A stretch of 17,503 nt of DNA from Phycisphaerae bacterium (GCA_050115495.1 JASFQK010000062.1:1-17503); one strand, 5' to 3'; positions 7,958-15,777 are shown, counted from the first letter of the stretch. Notes: a model not told the origin generated them from the letters alone. Made by a program: numbers and translations.

Positions 7958-7983
7958 GCCGGGCCCCGTGGCTGGGGCCCGGC
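7958..7983. other. Intercistronic GC-rich hairpin
   Basis: Perfect 10-bp stem GCCGGGCCCC/GGGGCCCGGC with a 6-nt loop and no U-tract, between the two secreted-protein genes. Confidence 0.65.
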
Positions 7984-8001
7984 ACCACCAAGTTCCCATT
8001 G

Positions 8002-8718
8002 CTACCGGCCGATGCGGATCTCAACGGCCCGGGCGCGGCTGCTGCCGAAGCGGCGAGCTTCACTGATGGCCCGCACGTTGACCGGCTCGTACCGGACGCG
8101 GCCACCGACGTTCACGCCAATCCCGTCGGCCACAGCGCTCCCGCGGTAGGTCGCACCGCTGACGGCCTCGACGCGGCTGGTGGACAGGCCGCCGTACGCG
8201 TCGGCCAGTGAGTCACTCATGCTCGTGGCCCGGCCGCCGAAGGCACCGCGGCTGACGGCGCGGCTGTCGCTGATCGCGGCGCCGTACTCACTGAGCGCCG
8301 TGGAGGTCGAGCGGCTCACGGCATGACCGCGGTACACACCGTCGGCCAGGGCGTCGCTGTTGCTCAAGGCCACGCCGCCGATGGTGGCGGCGATGCTCTC
8401 GCTGTCAGCGAACGCCGTTCCGCCGTAGAGGCCGAGGGCGTCTGCCCGAGAGTTACTGATGGCCAGGCCGCGGTCGGCGGTGGCCACGGCCCGGCTGTCG
8501 GCGAGGCCGTAGCCCATCCCGCGGGCATAGCTGTTGGCGATCGCTTCACCCCCGCGGGTGGCGCCGGCGATCGCCGTCGAGCGGGCGTTGCCCACCGACG
8601 TCGCGGTGGCGGAGGCCCGGCCGCCATTCGTGGCGATCGAGACGGCGGTGGCCTCGCCCGCAGCGGCACAAGCGACCAGGAGAGAAAGTCCGGTCAGGCT
8701 GGCAAGCAGGCGTTTCAT
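8002..8718 (-). CDS. Secreted (possibly lipid-anchored) Ala/Ser/Gly-rich 31-aa repeat protein, predicted beta-solenoid
   Basis: AAGGAG RBS; signal MKRLLASLTGLSLLVACAAA. Repeats start at G84, G115, G146 and G177 with the pattern GxAxSxSxAx(A/S)xG. Confidence 0.8.
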   Translation of the reverse strand: MKRLLASLTGLSLLVACAAAGEATAVSIATNGGRASATATSVGNARSTAIAGATRGGEAIANSYARGMGYGLADSRAVATADRGLAISNSRADALGLYGGTAFADSESIAATIGGVALSNSDALADGVYRGHAVSRSTSTALSEYGAAISDSRAVSRGAFGGRATSMSDSLADAYGGLSTSRVEAVSGATYRGSAVADGIGVNVGGRVRYEPVNVRAISEARRFGSSRARAVEIRIGR

Positions 8719-8894
8719 GGTCGTGCTCCTTGTTCTGAGTGCCTCTTCGCCGGGCGGCCGCGGCTTGCGTGCCGCCCTGTTCGCGAGGACTGACGGCCGG
8801 GGGAGGCCCCGTATTCACGGCGGAGGCCCCGGATTTCCGCCGGCCAACGACTATTTCGCCCGCCGGCAGAATCTGGGAAAATCCGGTGAATACT

Positions 8895-9479
8895 GTGAAT
8901 GGCTCAGACGTCAAAGCATCGGAAATGCGCCTCGTCGAGTCGGCAGCGGCTGGCGACACCGGCGCGCGCCAGGAGCTGTTCACGTGCCATCGAGAAGCGG
9001 CGTACCGCGTGGCGTTCCGAATTACCGGACGGGCCGAGGACGCCCTCGACGTGGTGCAGGACAGCTTCATCGCGGCGTTCGACAAGCTGGACCGCTTCCA
9101 GCGGGAGGCCGGGTTTCGGACCTGGCTGCTCAGGATTGTCACCAACCGGGCCCTGGATTTGTTGCGGGCCCGAAAGGTCCGGCTGGCGATCCCGTTGGAT
9201 ACGGTGGGCGACGGGGCCGCCCCGACGCCTGCCACGCGGGCGAGCAGCGACGCCCCGAGTGCGTCGATCGAACGCCGGGAATTGGGCGAGCGGCTGCAAC
9301 GGGCCGTGGAATCGCTCCCGGCGGAGCAGCGGGCCGTCTTTTCGCTCTATGCCGCCGGCGAGATGACGTATGGCGAGATCGCGGAGGTATTGGGCATCCC
9401 GATCGGGACGGTGATGAGCCGGTTGTTCCACGCCCGCCGGCGGCTGCGGGAGCAGGTGTCGGATCTGGATAGCGGCTGA
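8895..9479 (+). CDS. ECF sigma-70 factor
   Basis: Region 2 DALDVVQDSF...FRTWLLRIVTNRALD; region 4 LPAEQRAVF...TYGEIAEVLGIPIGTVMSRLFHARRRL. Start uncertain (in-frame GTG 8886, GTG 8895 or ATG 8925). Confidence 0.92.
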   Translation: MNGSDVKASEMRLVESAAAGDTGARQELFTCHREAAYRVAFRITGRAEDALDVVQDSFIAAFDKLDRFQREAGFRTWLLRIVTNRALDLLRARKVRLAIPLDTVGDGAAPTPATRASSDAPSASIERRELGERLQRAVESLPAEQRAVFSLYAAGEMTYGEIAEVLGIPIGTVMSRLFHARRRLREQVSDLDSG

Positions 9480-9563
9480 AAAAGGGGACTGGCTCCGAGC
9501 CTGCAAACCGGAGTCACCGCAAGGGCTGCTCACGGCGAAGTGCCTGTCCCCTTTTTCAACCGC
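9472..9563. repeat. MITE-like element with terminal inverted repeats (copy 1)
   Basis: GCGGCTGAAAAAGGGGAC (9472..9489) and GTCCCCTTTTTCAACCGC (9546..9563) are 17/18 inverted; a second copy lies at 15807..15892. Confidence 0.8.
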
Positions 9564-9687
9564 CCGCGGTGCCCGCGAGAAGTGACGAGAAGGCGTGAAT
9601 GAGCGAACGTAGGAAACCGTCGAATAGGGTGGAGTTGCCTGTGGGCGGTCGGGAGCTTGTAAGCCGGCCCCTGACTCTGGGTGGAGC

Positions 9688-9795
9688 GGGCGTTTGAGTC
9701 TATGAGACAACGCCCAGTTCCGGGTGGGGCGGGCGTCTCGCCCGCCGTTTTCGCCCTGAAACCAGGGAATGTCGGGCGGGATGCCCGACCCACCC
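9688..9795. repeat. Hairpin plus an inverted GTGG-type REP doublet (REPIN-like)
   Basis: GGGCGTT...AACGCCC hairpin (9688..9715); REP 9722..9746 and its inverted partner 9771..9795 (21/25 identical, with a compensatory stem change). Confidence 0.75.
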
Positions 9796-9822
9796 ACGAC
9801 TGATTCATGCGAGGTTTGTGAC

Positions 9823-10311
9823 GTGCAGCGCAGTATGGATGATCTTCTAAACAAGCTGGCGGCGGGTGAGCTCGATGCGCTGTCGCCGGAGGAAGTCGCC
9901 GCGCTGGCCGCCCACCTCGACGCTAACCCGGCGGCCGCCGACCGGGTGGCGGGATTGACGCCGCCGATCGAGCCGGCGCTACAGGCGGACGTGCCGCTGC
10001 CGGGGGAAGAGGCGTGGGGGCAGGTCTGGGCGGGGATCGAGGCGGGTCGGCGAACGGGCTCGCAACCGTTCGTCCGGCGGGTGCTGCGCATCGTCGAGCC
10101 CGTGCTAGCCCTGGCGGCCTGTGTGCTGATGGCGGTGATCTGGAATGCCGGCGAGCAGCAGGCCACCGCGGCCTGGCCGGTCGAGTGGGCGACGACCGTC
10201 GAGATCGACGAGATCGAGGTGGCGGACGGAAGTGTGCCGTACGTGGCGGCGGTTGAGGGGGATGAATCGACCGTATCGGTCGTATGGGTGCTGGATCTGG
10301 GTGAGTCGTGA
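9823..10311 (+). CDS. Putative membrane anti-sigma factor (degenerate zf-HC2-like N-terminus)
   Basis: Downstream of the ECF gene; GELDALSPEEVAALAAHL, AWGQVWAGIE, single TM VLALAACVLMAVIW, and an acidic beta-rich C-terminus ending VSVVWV. GTG 9823 has GAGG upstream; ATG 9835 is an alternative start. Confidence 0.75.
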   Translation: MQRSMDDLLNKLAAGELDALSPEEVAALAAHLDANPAAADRVAGLTPPIEPALQADVPLPGEEAWGQVWAGIEAGRRTGSQPFVRRVLRIVEPVLALAACVLMAVIWNAGEQQATAAWPVEWATTVEIDEIEVADGSVPYVAAVEGDESTVSVVWVLDLGES

Positions 10312-10359
10312 GGAGCGAGTGGACGACCGCCCCGCTGCACATATGAAAGGAGTCTAACG

Positions 10360-10824
10360 ATGCCGCTTGGCCACTGCGTAATGCTGGCGGTCGTGGGCGG
10401 GTGGGTGACGGCCTGCGCCGCGCCGACCATGGACGACAAGAAGCCGGTTGACGTGGAGATCTGGGTCATTCGGGCGACGACGAAGAACGACAAGGTCTCG
10501 GCGGAGCTGCGCGACCTGGCCGACGCCCTGAAGAAGCAGTTCAAGTACACGGGGTTCGAGCTGGCGAAGAAACTCCCCGGCCGGGCCGAGCTGGGCAAGT
10601 CGTTCAGCGGCAGCCTGCTGGCGAGCTACAAGGCCACGGTCACACCGAAGGAGCGCGAGGGTAACCGCGTCAAGCTGCAGCTCGTCGTCACGACGCAGGA
10701 GGACAAGAAGCAGAAGACCGTGCTGAACGTGACGGCGACGCACAAGGCCGGGCCGCTCGTGCCGTATGGGTGCGGTTCGCTGGCAGGGGGTGATTACCTG
10801 ATCATCGCCGTGCGCGTGCGCTGA
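10360..10824 (+). CDS. Putative lipoprotein/exported protein of the ECF operon
   Basis: AAAGGAG RBS; hydrophobic N-terminus with lipobox-like VTAC; strongly biased codon usage; Lys-rich beta-strand body. Confidence 0.8.
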   Translation: MPLGHCVMLAVVGGWVTACAAPTMDDKKPVDVEIWVIRATTKNDKVSAELRDLADALKKQFKYTGFELAKKLPGRAELGKSFSGSLLASYKATVTPKEREGNRVKLQLVVTTQEDKKQKTVLNVTATHKAGPLVPYGCGSLAGGDYLIIAVRVR

Positions 10825-10826
10825 GC

Positions 10827-12938
10827 TCAGGGCACGCGGGCGGGGATGGTGGTGGGGATTCTGCTGCGCTCAGGGGCGGCGGGCTGGCTCGTGGTCTGCG
10901 GCGAGAGCGAGAGCGGGAAGAGCGCCGGCGTGCGCGGCTCGCGGGGCTCGACGGTGAGCACGCCGCGGGCGCCACCCATATCATCCGCCTGGTCGTGATA
11001 GACGAAGCGCTGCGCGATGCGGCCGACGGCGATGGCGCGGCGGAGCATCTGCACCGGGTCGACGAAGGGCAGGGGGAGCCGGCGGCGGATGGTAGTACCG
11101 TCACGCTCCAGGTCGATATCGAGCCAGCGCGGGTGCGGCCGGCTGAGGATCGCGTCGCGAATCTCGCTGATCGGCTGCGAGGTGGCGAAGCGCTGGCCCT
11201 CGCAGGCGAAGATGTCGTCGCCGGGTTTGAGCAAGCCGTCGGCGGGCGTGCCGGGCGTGACCGTATTGACGTGGAGGACCTTGCGTTCCGGGTCCTCGCT
11301 TACCTGGATGCCGAGCTGGACGCGGTCGCCGCCGGGCTGATGCGTGCGCCACCAATTTTCGTGCAGCACGTCGGGGGCGGTTCGTTCGAGGTGGGACAGC
11401 CACAGCAGGCCGAGGTCGGCGATGGGTCCGGTCTGGACGGCGACGATGGTCTCGGTGTCCGGTCCGATCTTGCGTGGGCTGAGGTTGAGCATGTCGTCGA
11501 GCGTGGCGCTGCGGTGGTGGCGGGCCAGGAGGATCTGGTGGAGCCAGTCGATGTGCGAGGCGATGATGAGCGCGTCGCCGTCGGTGGCCCAGCACAGATG
11601 CAGCTCGGCGAGGCTGGCGCCGCCGGGTGCGCTGCGGATCAACTCGCTCAGATCGAGCCGGCAGACGTCTACGCCGACGTCGTCGAGACGCAGGTGCTCG
11701 ATGGGCGGGACGAGCGGCGAGCCGAGGCGCAGCGCCGCGAGATTGCAGATGGAGGCCGTGGTTTCGAGCAGCGTGAGCATCTCGCTGTCGACGACTTCCG
11801 GGTCGGTCGTGGCGATGAGGATGGCGACCGCCGGTACGGGCGGCGCCGGGATCGTCCGGCTGGCCGGTTCGACGACGCCGACGGCGAGACAGGTCGGCGG
11901 AGCCAGTGCCCGGGTGAGTCCTTCGAGCCGGCCGGTGCTGCCGTGCAGTTCGAGGATGATGCGCAGGACGCTGCGCGTGGGCAGCTTCTCGATGGCTTGC
12001 AGCAGGCCGAGGTGGTCGACGTGCAGGCCCCAGACGGCGAACGTGCGCCGCGGTAGCGTGCTGACCAGGCGGTCGAGGCCGCCGGTAGGAGGCTCGGGTC
12101 GGTCCGGGCCGTCGCCGACGGCGCTGAAGTGCAGCAGGCCGCCGCTACGGTGCAGGGCGAAGAGAGCGTTGGCCGCGCCGCGGAGCGGGGCCGGCAGCAT
12201 CGAGGCGGTCGCGTGCTCGACGGGGGGACTGCCGGGAGCGGAGGTCGTGGGTTGTTCGGCGTCCGCCGGAACGAGACGCATGAACAGCACGGCGTCCGGG
12301 CGGGCGGGCACACGGGCGAGGAGTTCGCCGAACGCGGGGTCGTCAGCCAGCGAAGCTTGATCGTCCAAGTCGCTGAACTCGAGCAGGCGGCGGAACATGC
12401 TGTCCGCCGGCGCCGCGTCGCCGAAGAGGAGCAGATCGCTCGGCTGGGCGAGGCCCACGCGGTTGGGCAGGCGGTAGAGCGAGGTGCGGCCGGCGGTGGG
12501 CAGGGGTTGCGCGTGCCACTGCTTGAGCAGCGTCTTGATGTCGGTGGTCGGCCGGCAGAGGACGACGCAGTCCTGAGCGCGAAGCGGCCCCTCGGCGGCG
12601 ATGGCGAACTGGTCGCCGAGCAGGACGCGCACGGCTTCGGCCGGCGGCATTTTCAACGTTTGCCAGAGGCGCTGACGCCACAGCGCCGCTTCCTCGGCCG
12701 CTGCCGGCTGGCCGGCGAACTCGGCGAGCGTGAGCCAGGCCTGCGGGTCGATGAACGGCAGGATCACATCAGCGATGCCGCGACCCTCGACGTACAGGCC
12801 GACGTCGCGGGGGACGAAGCGGGCGAGCGAATCATCAATGTCGGTCGGCCCGGCCGTGCCTGTGGGACAGACCGGCAGCAACACCAGCAGCAGGGCGGTA
12901 ACGATACGGGTCATCGAAAATGGAGGTGAGGCGGTCAC
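10827..12938 (-). CDS. Large exported protein with a PDZ domain near the C-terminus
   Basis: Signal-like MTRIVTALLLVLLPVC (alternative ATG 12914); PDZ signature LGIQV...VNTVTPGTPADGLLKPGDDIFACEGQ; third gene of the second ECF operon. Confidence 0.8.
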   Translation of the reverse strand: MTASPPFSMTRIVTALLLVLLPVCPTGTAGPTDIDDSLARFVPRDVGLYVEGRGIADVILPFIDPQAWLTLAEFAGQPAAAEEAALWRQRLWQTLKMPPAEAVRVLLGDQFAIAAEGPLRAQDCVVLCRPTTDIKTLLKQWHAQPLPTAGRTSLYRLPNRVGLAQPSDLLLFGDAAPADSMFRRLLEFSDLDDQASLADDPAFGELLARVPARPDAVLFMRLVPADAEQPTTSAPGSPPVEHATASMLPAPLRGAANALFALHRSGGLLHFSAVGDGPDRPEPPTGGLDRLVSTLPRRTFAVWGLHVDHLGLLQAIEKLPTRSVLRIILELHGSTGRLEGLTRALAPPTCLAVGVVEPASRTIPAPPVPAVAILIATTDPEVVDSEMLTLLETTASICNLAALRLGSPLVPPIEHLRLDDVGVDVCRLDLSELIRSAPGGASLAELHLCWATDGDALIIASHIDWLHQILLARHHRSATLDDMLNLSPRKIGPDTETIVAVQTGPIADLGLLWLSHLERTAPDVLHENWWRTHQPGGDRVQLGIQVSEDPERKVLHVNTVTPGTPADGLLKPGDDIFACEGQRFATSQPISEIRDAILSRPHPRWLDIDLERDGTTIRRRLPLPFVDPVQMLRRAIAVGRIAQRFVYHDQADDMGGARGVLTVEPREPRTPALFPLSLSPQTTSQPAAPERSRIPTTIPARVP

Positions 12939-12953
12939 GCGCGCTCGTCGGGA

Positions 12954-13655
12954 CTACAGGGAGTACTGGTTCGGGGCGCTGGGCGTCGACGATTCGCTTT
13001 CCTCGGCCCGGCCCGGAACGAGCGCTTCGAAGAGCAGACCCACCGGGTTCGTCCCCTCGACTCCGGCGGAGATGCGGGCGAAATCGTCCGGCACGGCCAG
13101 GGCGAGCGGGTACTGCGCCAACTGGTTGCACTCGGAGGCGAACGTCGCGCGGGCCGCTTCGACCTGCCCCAGAATGTGCTGGTACAGCGCTTCGTGCTGC
13201 TCCGTGCGATCGTCGGTGGCGGCGAAGATGCGGTCGAGCGTGTCGTTGATGCTCTCCGTGCCCTGGACGACGGCCACGCCGGAAGTGGTCCCGGTAGCAT
13301 TCGGCGTGTCGGTTTGAGCGGTCGGCCAGAGAACGGCGAGTAACAGGACGGCGGCGGCCTGAAGCAGGGCGCCGGTGGCCACAGCCACCCGCGTCGGCCG
13401 CAGGCGCAGCGACAGCGGTCGCCGCTGCTCGATCGTGGCCATGACGCGGTCGGCGAAGTCGTCGGAGAGGACCGGTTGATCGCGGTCGCTGGTGACGACG
13501 TGCTGCACGGACTCCATCATGGCGACGGTGAGCTGGCACCGCCGGCAGCGCAGGCGGTGGGCGTCGAACTCGAGGCGAAGCGAACCGGAGATCTCGCCGT
13601 CGAGGTAGCAGTCCAGCAGTTGTTCGAATTCCGCGCAGTTCATGTTCCGGCTCAC
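12954..13655 (-). CDS. zf-HC2 (ZAS) anti-sigma factor, single TM
   Basis: MNCAEFEQLLDCYLDGEI...HRLRCRRC (HxxxCxxC), DDFADRVM, TM ALLQAAAVLLLAVLWP; 4-nt overlap with the sigma stop codon. Confidence 0.92.
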   Translation of the reverse strand: MSRNMNCAEFEQLLDCYLDGEISGSLRLEFDAHRLRCRRCQLTVAMMESVQHVVTSDRDQPVLSDDFADRVMATIEQRRPLSLRLRPTRVAVATGALLQAAAVLLLAVLWPTAQTDTPNATGTTSGVAVVQGTESINDTLDRIFAATDDRTEQHEALYQHILGQVEAARATFASECNQLAQYPLALAVPDDFARISAGVEGTNPVGLLFEALVPGRAEESESSTPSAPNQYSL

Positions 13656-14251
13656 GCGAGCAGCGACTCGTTAAGGAACTCGAGCGCCAGCGGCTCGTGT
13701 ACCAGTTCGGCTCGCAATCTTTTACGCAGCTTCTCCCGGGCCCGATGCAGGTGACTCTTCACGGTCACCGCCGGAATGCCCAGAACCTCGCCGATTTCCT
13801 CGCAACTCTTGCCCTCGCGGTAGAAGAGGAGGACGGAGGATTTCTGCGGGGCCGATAACTCGGCGACGGCGGTCCAGATCCGTGTTCGCAGCCGTCGGGC
13901 CTCCTCGCTATTGGCGAGGGTGACGGCGGTGTCTTCCTGGTCGGCGGTCATCCGCGAGAAGTCGACGTTGCCCGTCAGGGCGCGACGCTTGCGGATGCTG
14001 TTGATGCTCATGCGATACGCGATGGTGAACAGCCAGGTGCTGAAGGCGTACTTTTCGCTGTAACTGGCCAGGGATTCGTAGGCCTTGACGAAAACGGCCT
14101 GGCAGATGTCCTCCGCCTCATGATGGTCGCGGATCATCCGCCAGACGAAGGCGAAAAGACGGTCCTTGTAGGCCTCGACGATGGCGCGGTAAGCGTCGGC
14201 ACTGCCGCGCTTGGCCCGCTGGATCAGGCGTCGAGTTTCTTCCTGTGACAT
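13652..14251 (-). CDS. ECF sigma-70 factor (SigW/RpoE-like)
   Basis: EAEDICQAVFVKAY...FSTWLFTIAYR; region 4 SCEEIGEVLGIPAVTVKSHLHRAREKL. Start is ATG 14251 or GTG 14290. Confidence 0.92.
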   Translation of the reverse strand: MSQEETRRLIQRAKRGSADAYRAIVEAYKDRLFAFVWRMIRDHHEAEDICQAVFVKAYESLASYSEKYAFSTWLFTIAYRMSINSIRKRRALTGNVDFSRMTADQEDTAVTLANSEEARRLRTRIWTAVAELSAPQKSSVLLFYREGKSCEEIGEVLGIPAVTVKSHLHRAREKLRKRLRAELVHEPLALEFLNESLLA

Positions 14252-14326
14252 GGCAACCTGGATCGGGTTGCGCAACAATTCCTCTAGCACACGTCACCAT
14301 CTTGTACGGTCGGCGCTGCGATCCGG

Positions 14327-14354
14327 TTGCAGGCCGGGCCGTCCCTATTACAAT
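14327..14354 (+). promoter_or_regulatory. Sigma70-type promoter for smpB
   Basis: TTGCAG (14327..14332), a 16-nt spacer and TACAAT (14349..14354), ending 11 nt before the ATG at 14366. Confidence 0.55.
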
Positions 14355-14365
14355 CTATCGCCGCC

Positions 14366-14830
14366 ATGGTCCACGGTCCACCAGAAACGCCCACCGTCCG
14401 CAACAAGAAGGCCCATTTCAACTTCGAGGTCCTAGAAAAGACCGAGGCAGGCATCGCCCTGTGCGGTAGCGAGGTCAAGAGCCTGCGGCAGGGGCGGGCG
14501 TCGCTGGACGAGGCGTTTGCGGTGATCCGGGACGGAGAAGTCTACCTGCGGGGCTGTAACATATCTCCTTATCCCATGGCGAGTTACAATCAGCACCAAC
14601 CCACGCGGGAGCGGAAGCTCCTCCTCCACCGCCGACAGATCCGCAAGTGGGAGGCCAAGGTCACCCTGCGGGGGCTGACGCTCGTACCGCTGAACATCTA
14701 CTTCAACGAACGGGGGCTGGCCAAGGTGACGCTGGCCCTGGCCCGGGGGAAGACACATTCGGACAAACGGGAGACGCTTCGCAAGCGCGAGCACCAGCGT
14801 GATATGGACCGGGCCATGAAACGGCGGTAG
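14366..14830 (+). CDS. smpB: SsrA-binding protein SmpB
   Basis: NKKAHFNF, EAGIALCGSEVKSLR, RERKLLLHRRQI, GLTLVPL, LARGK...DKRE motifs. Confidence 0.97.
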   Translation: MVHGPPETPTVRNKKAHFNFEVLEKTEAGIALCGSEVKSLRQGRASLDEAFAVIRDGEVYLRGCNISPYPMASYNQHQPTRERKLLLHRRQIRKWEAKVTLRGLTLVPLNIYFNERGLAKVTLALARGKTHSDKRETLRKREHQRDMDRAMKRR

Positions 14831-14862
14831 AGCCGCCGCTGGGGCCGGGCCGCCGACCGGGC

Positions 14863-14868
14863 TACAAT
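14863..14868 (+). promoter_or_regulatory. -10 box for the ABC ATPase gene
   Basis: TACAAT in very GC-rich intergenic DNA, ending 12 nt before ATG 14881. Confidence 0.45.
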
Positions 14869-14880
14869 GCCGCCGATCCC

Positions 14881-15777
14881 ATGAGCGAGACCAAACAGGA
14901 CATCGTGCTATCCGTCCGGGACCTCGTTGTCCGGTTCGACTCGGCGATGGGAGAACGCGTCACCGTGCTGAACGGCGTGAGCTTCGACGCCGTCCGCGGC
15001 GAGACGCTGGTCATCATGGGCGGGTCCGGCTGCGGCAAGAGCACGCTGCTCAACGCCCTGATCGGCGAGATCGTGCCGGACGAGGGGAGCATCGCCTACC
15101 ACCTGCCGTCTATCGGCACGGTCGATTTGGTGACGGCGGGCGAGGACGAGCGCGACGGGCTGCGAAAACGGCTGGGTATCCTGTTCCAGTCGGGAGCGTT
15201 GTTCAGCTCGTTGACCGTCGCCGAGAACGTGGCCCTGCCGCTGCGCGAGCATTCGCACGTCGAGAAGTCGGTCATCGACATCATCGTGGCCATGAAGCTC
15301 CAGCAGGTCCGCATGCTGCCGCACCGCGACAAGTATCCGGCGCAGCTCTCCGGCGGGCAGAAGAAGCGGGCGGGGTTGGCCCGGGCGACGGCGATGGATC
15401 CGGAGATCCTGTTCTACGATGAGCCGAGCGCGGGGCTCGACCCGGTCACGTCGTCGGCGATCGACGAACTGATGATGGACCTGTCGGGCAAGTTGCAGGT
15501 GACCAGTATCGTCGTGACGCACGAGATGGACTCGGCGTTCCGCATCGCCGATCGGATGATCATGCTGGAGAAGGGACGGATCATGCGCATCGGTCCGCGT
15601 CGCGCGTTCGAGGCCCTGCGCGATGCCGACCCGGCGACGCTGCCGAACGATGACGACCGCCTGCTGCACCAGTTCCTGCGCGGTGCCGCCGCCGGGCCGC
15701 TGACCGATGGCCAGGGGATGAGCCTGTACGAGAAGCTGCTCGTCGGCGGCGATCGGACGGCGACGTATCGGCGTTGA
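14881..15777 (+). CDS. ABC transporter ATP-binding protein, MlaF/Mkl family
   Basis: Walker A GGSGCGKS, LFQSGALFSSLTVAENVALPLREH, LSGGQKKRAGLARA, ILFYDEPSAGLDP, VVTHEM and C-terminal QFLRG...GP are characteristic of MlaF. Confidence 0.92.
   Translation: MSETKQDIVLSVRDLVVRFDSAMGERVTVLNGVSFDAVRGETLVIMGGSGCGKSTLLNALIGEIVPDEGSIAYHLPSIGTVDLVTAGEDERDGLRKRLGILFQSGALFSSLTVAENVALPLREHSHVEKSVIDIIVAMKLQQVRMLPHRDKYPAQLSGGQKKRAGLARATAMDPEILFYDEPSAGLDPVTSSAIDELMMDLSGKLQVTSIVVTHEMDSAFRIADRMIMLEKGRIMRIGPRRAFEALRDADPATLPNDDDRLLHQFLRGAAAGPLTDGQGMSLYEKLLVGGDRTATYRR

Noticed and set aside
7939..7990. tRNA-like GTTCGAGTCCC ... CACCA
   Set aside because: The T-stem does not pair, the spacing to CCA is wrong, and no D or anticodon arms are present; the region is better explained as an intercistronic hairpin.
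8904..10598. Long antisense and alternative-frame ORFs (e.g. 564 aa here, 1061..2245, 6008..7219, 15581..16891)
   Set aside because: These are shadow ORFs expected in high-GC DNA opposite well-supported genes.
14366..14880. tmRNA (ssrA) or an integration site next to smpB
   Set aside because: Only 50 nt separate smpB from the next gene, and no tmRNA ends or integrase are visible.
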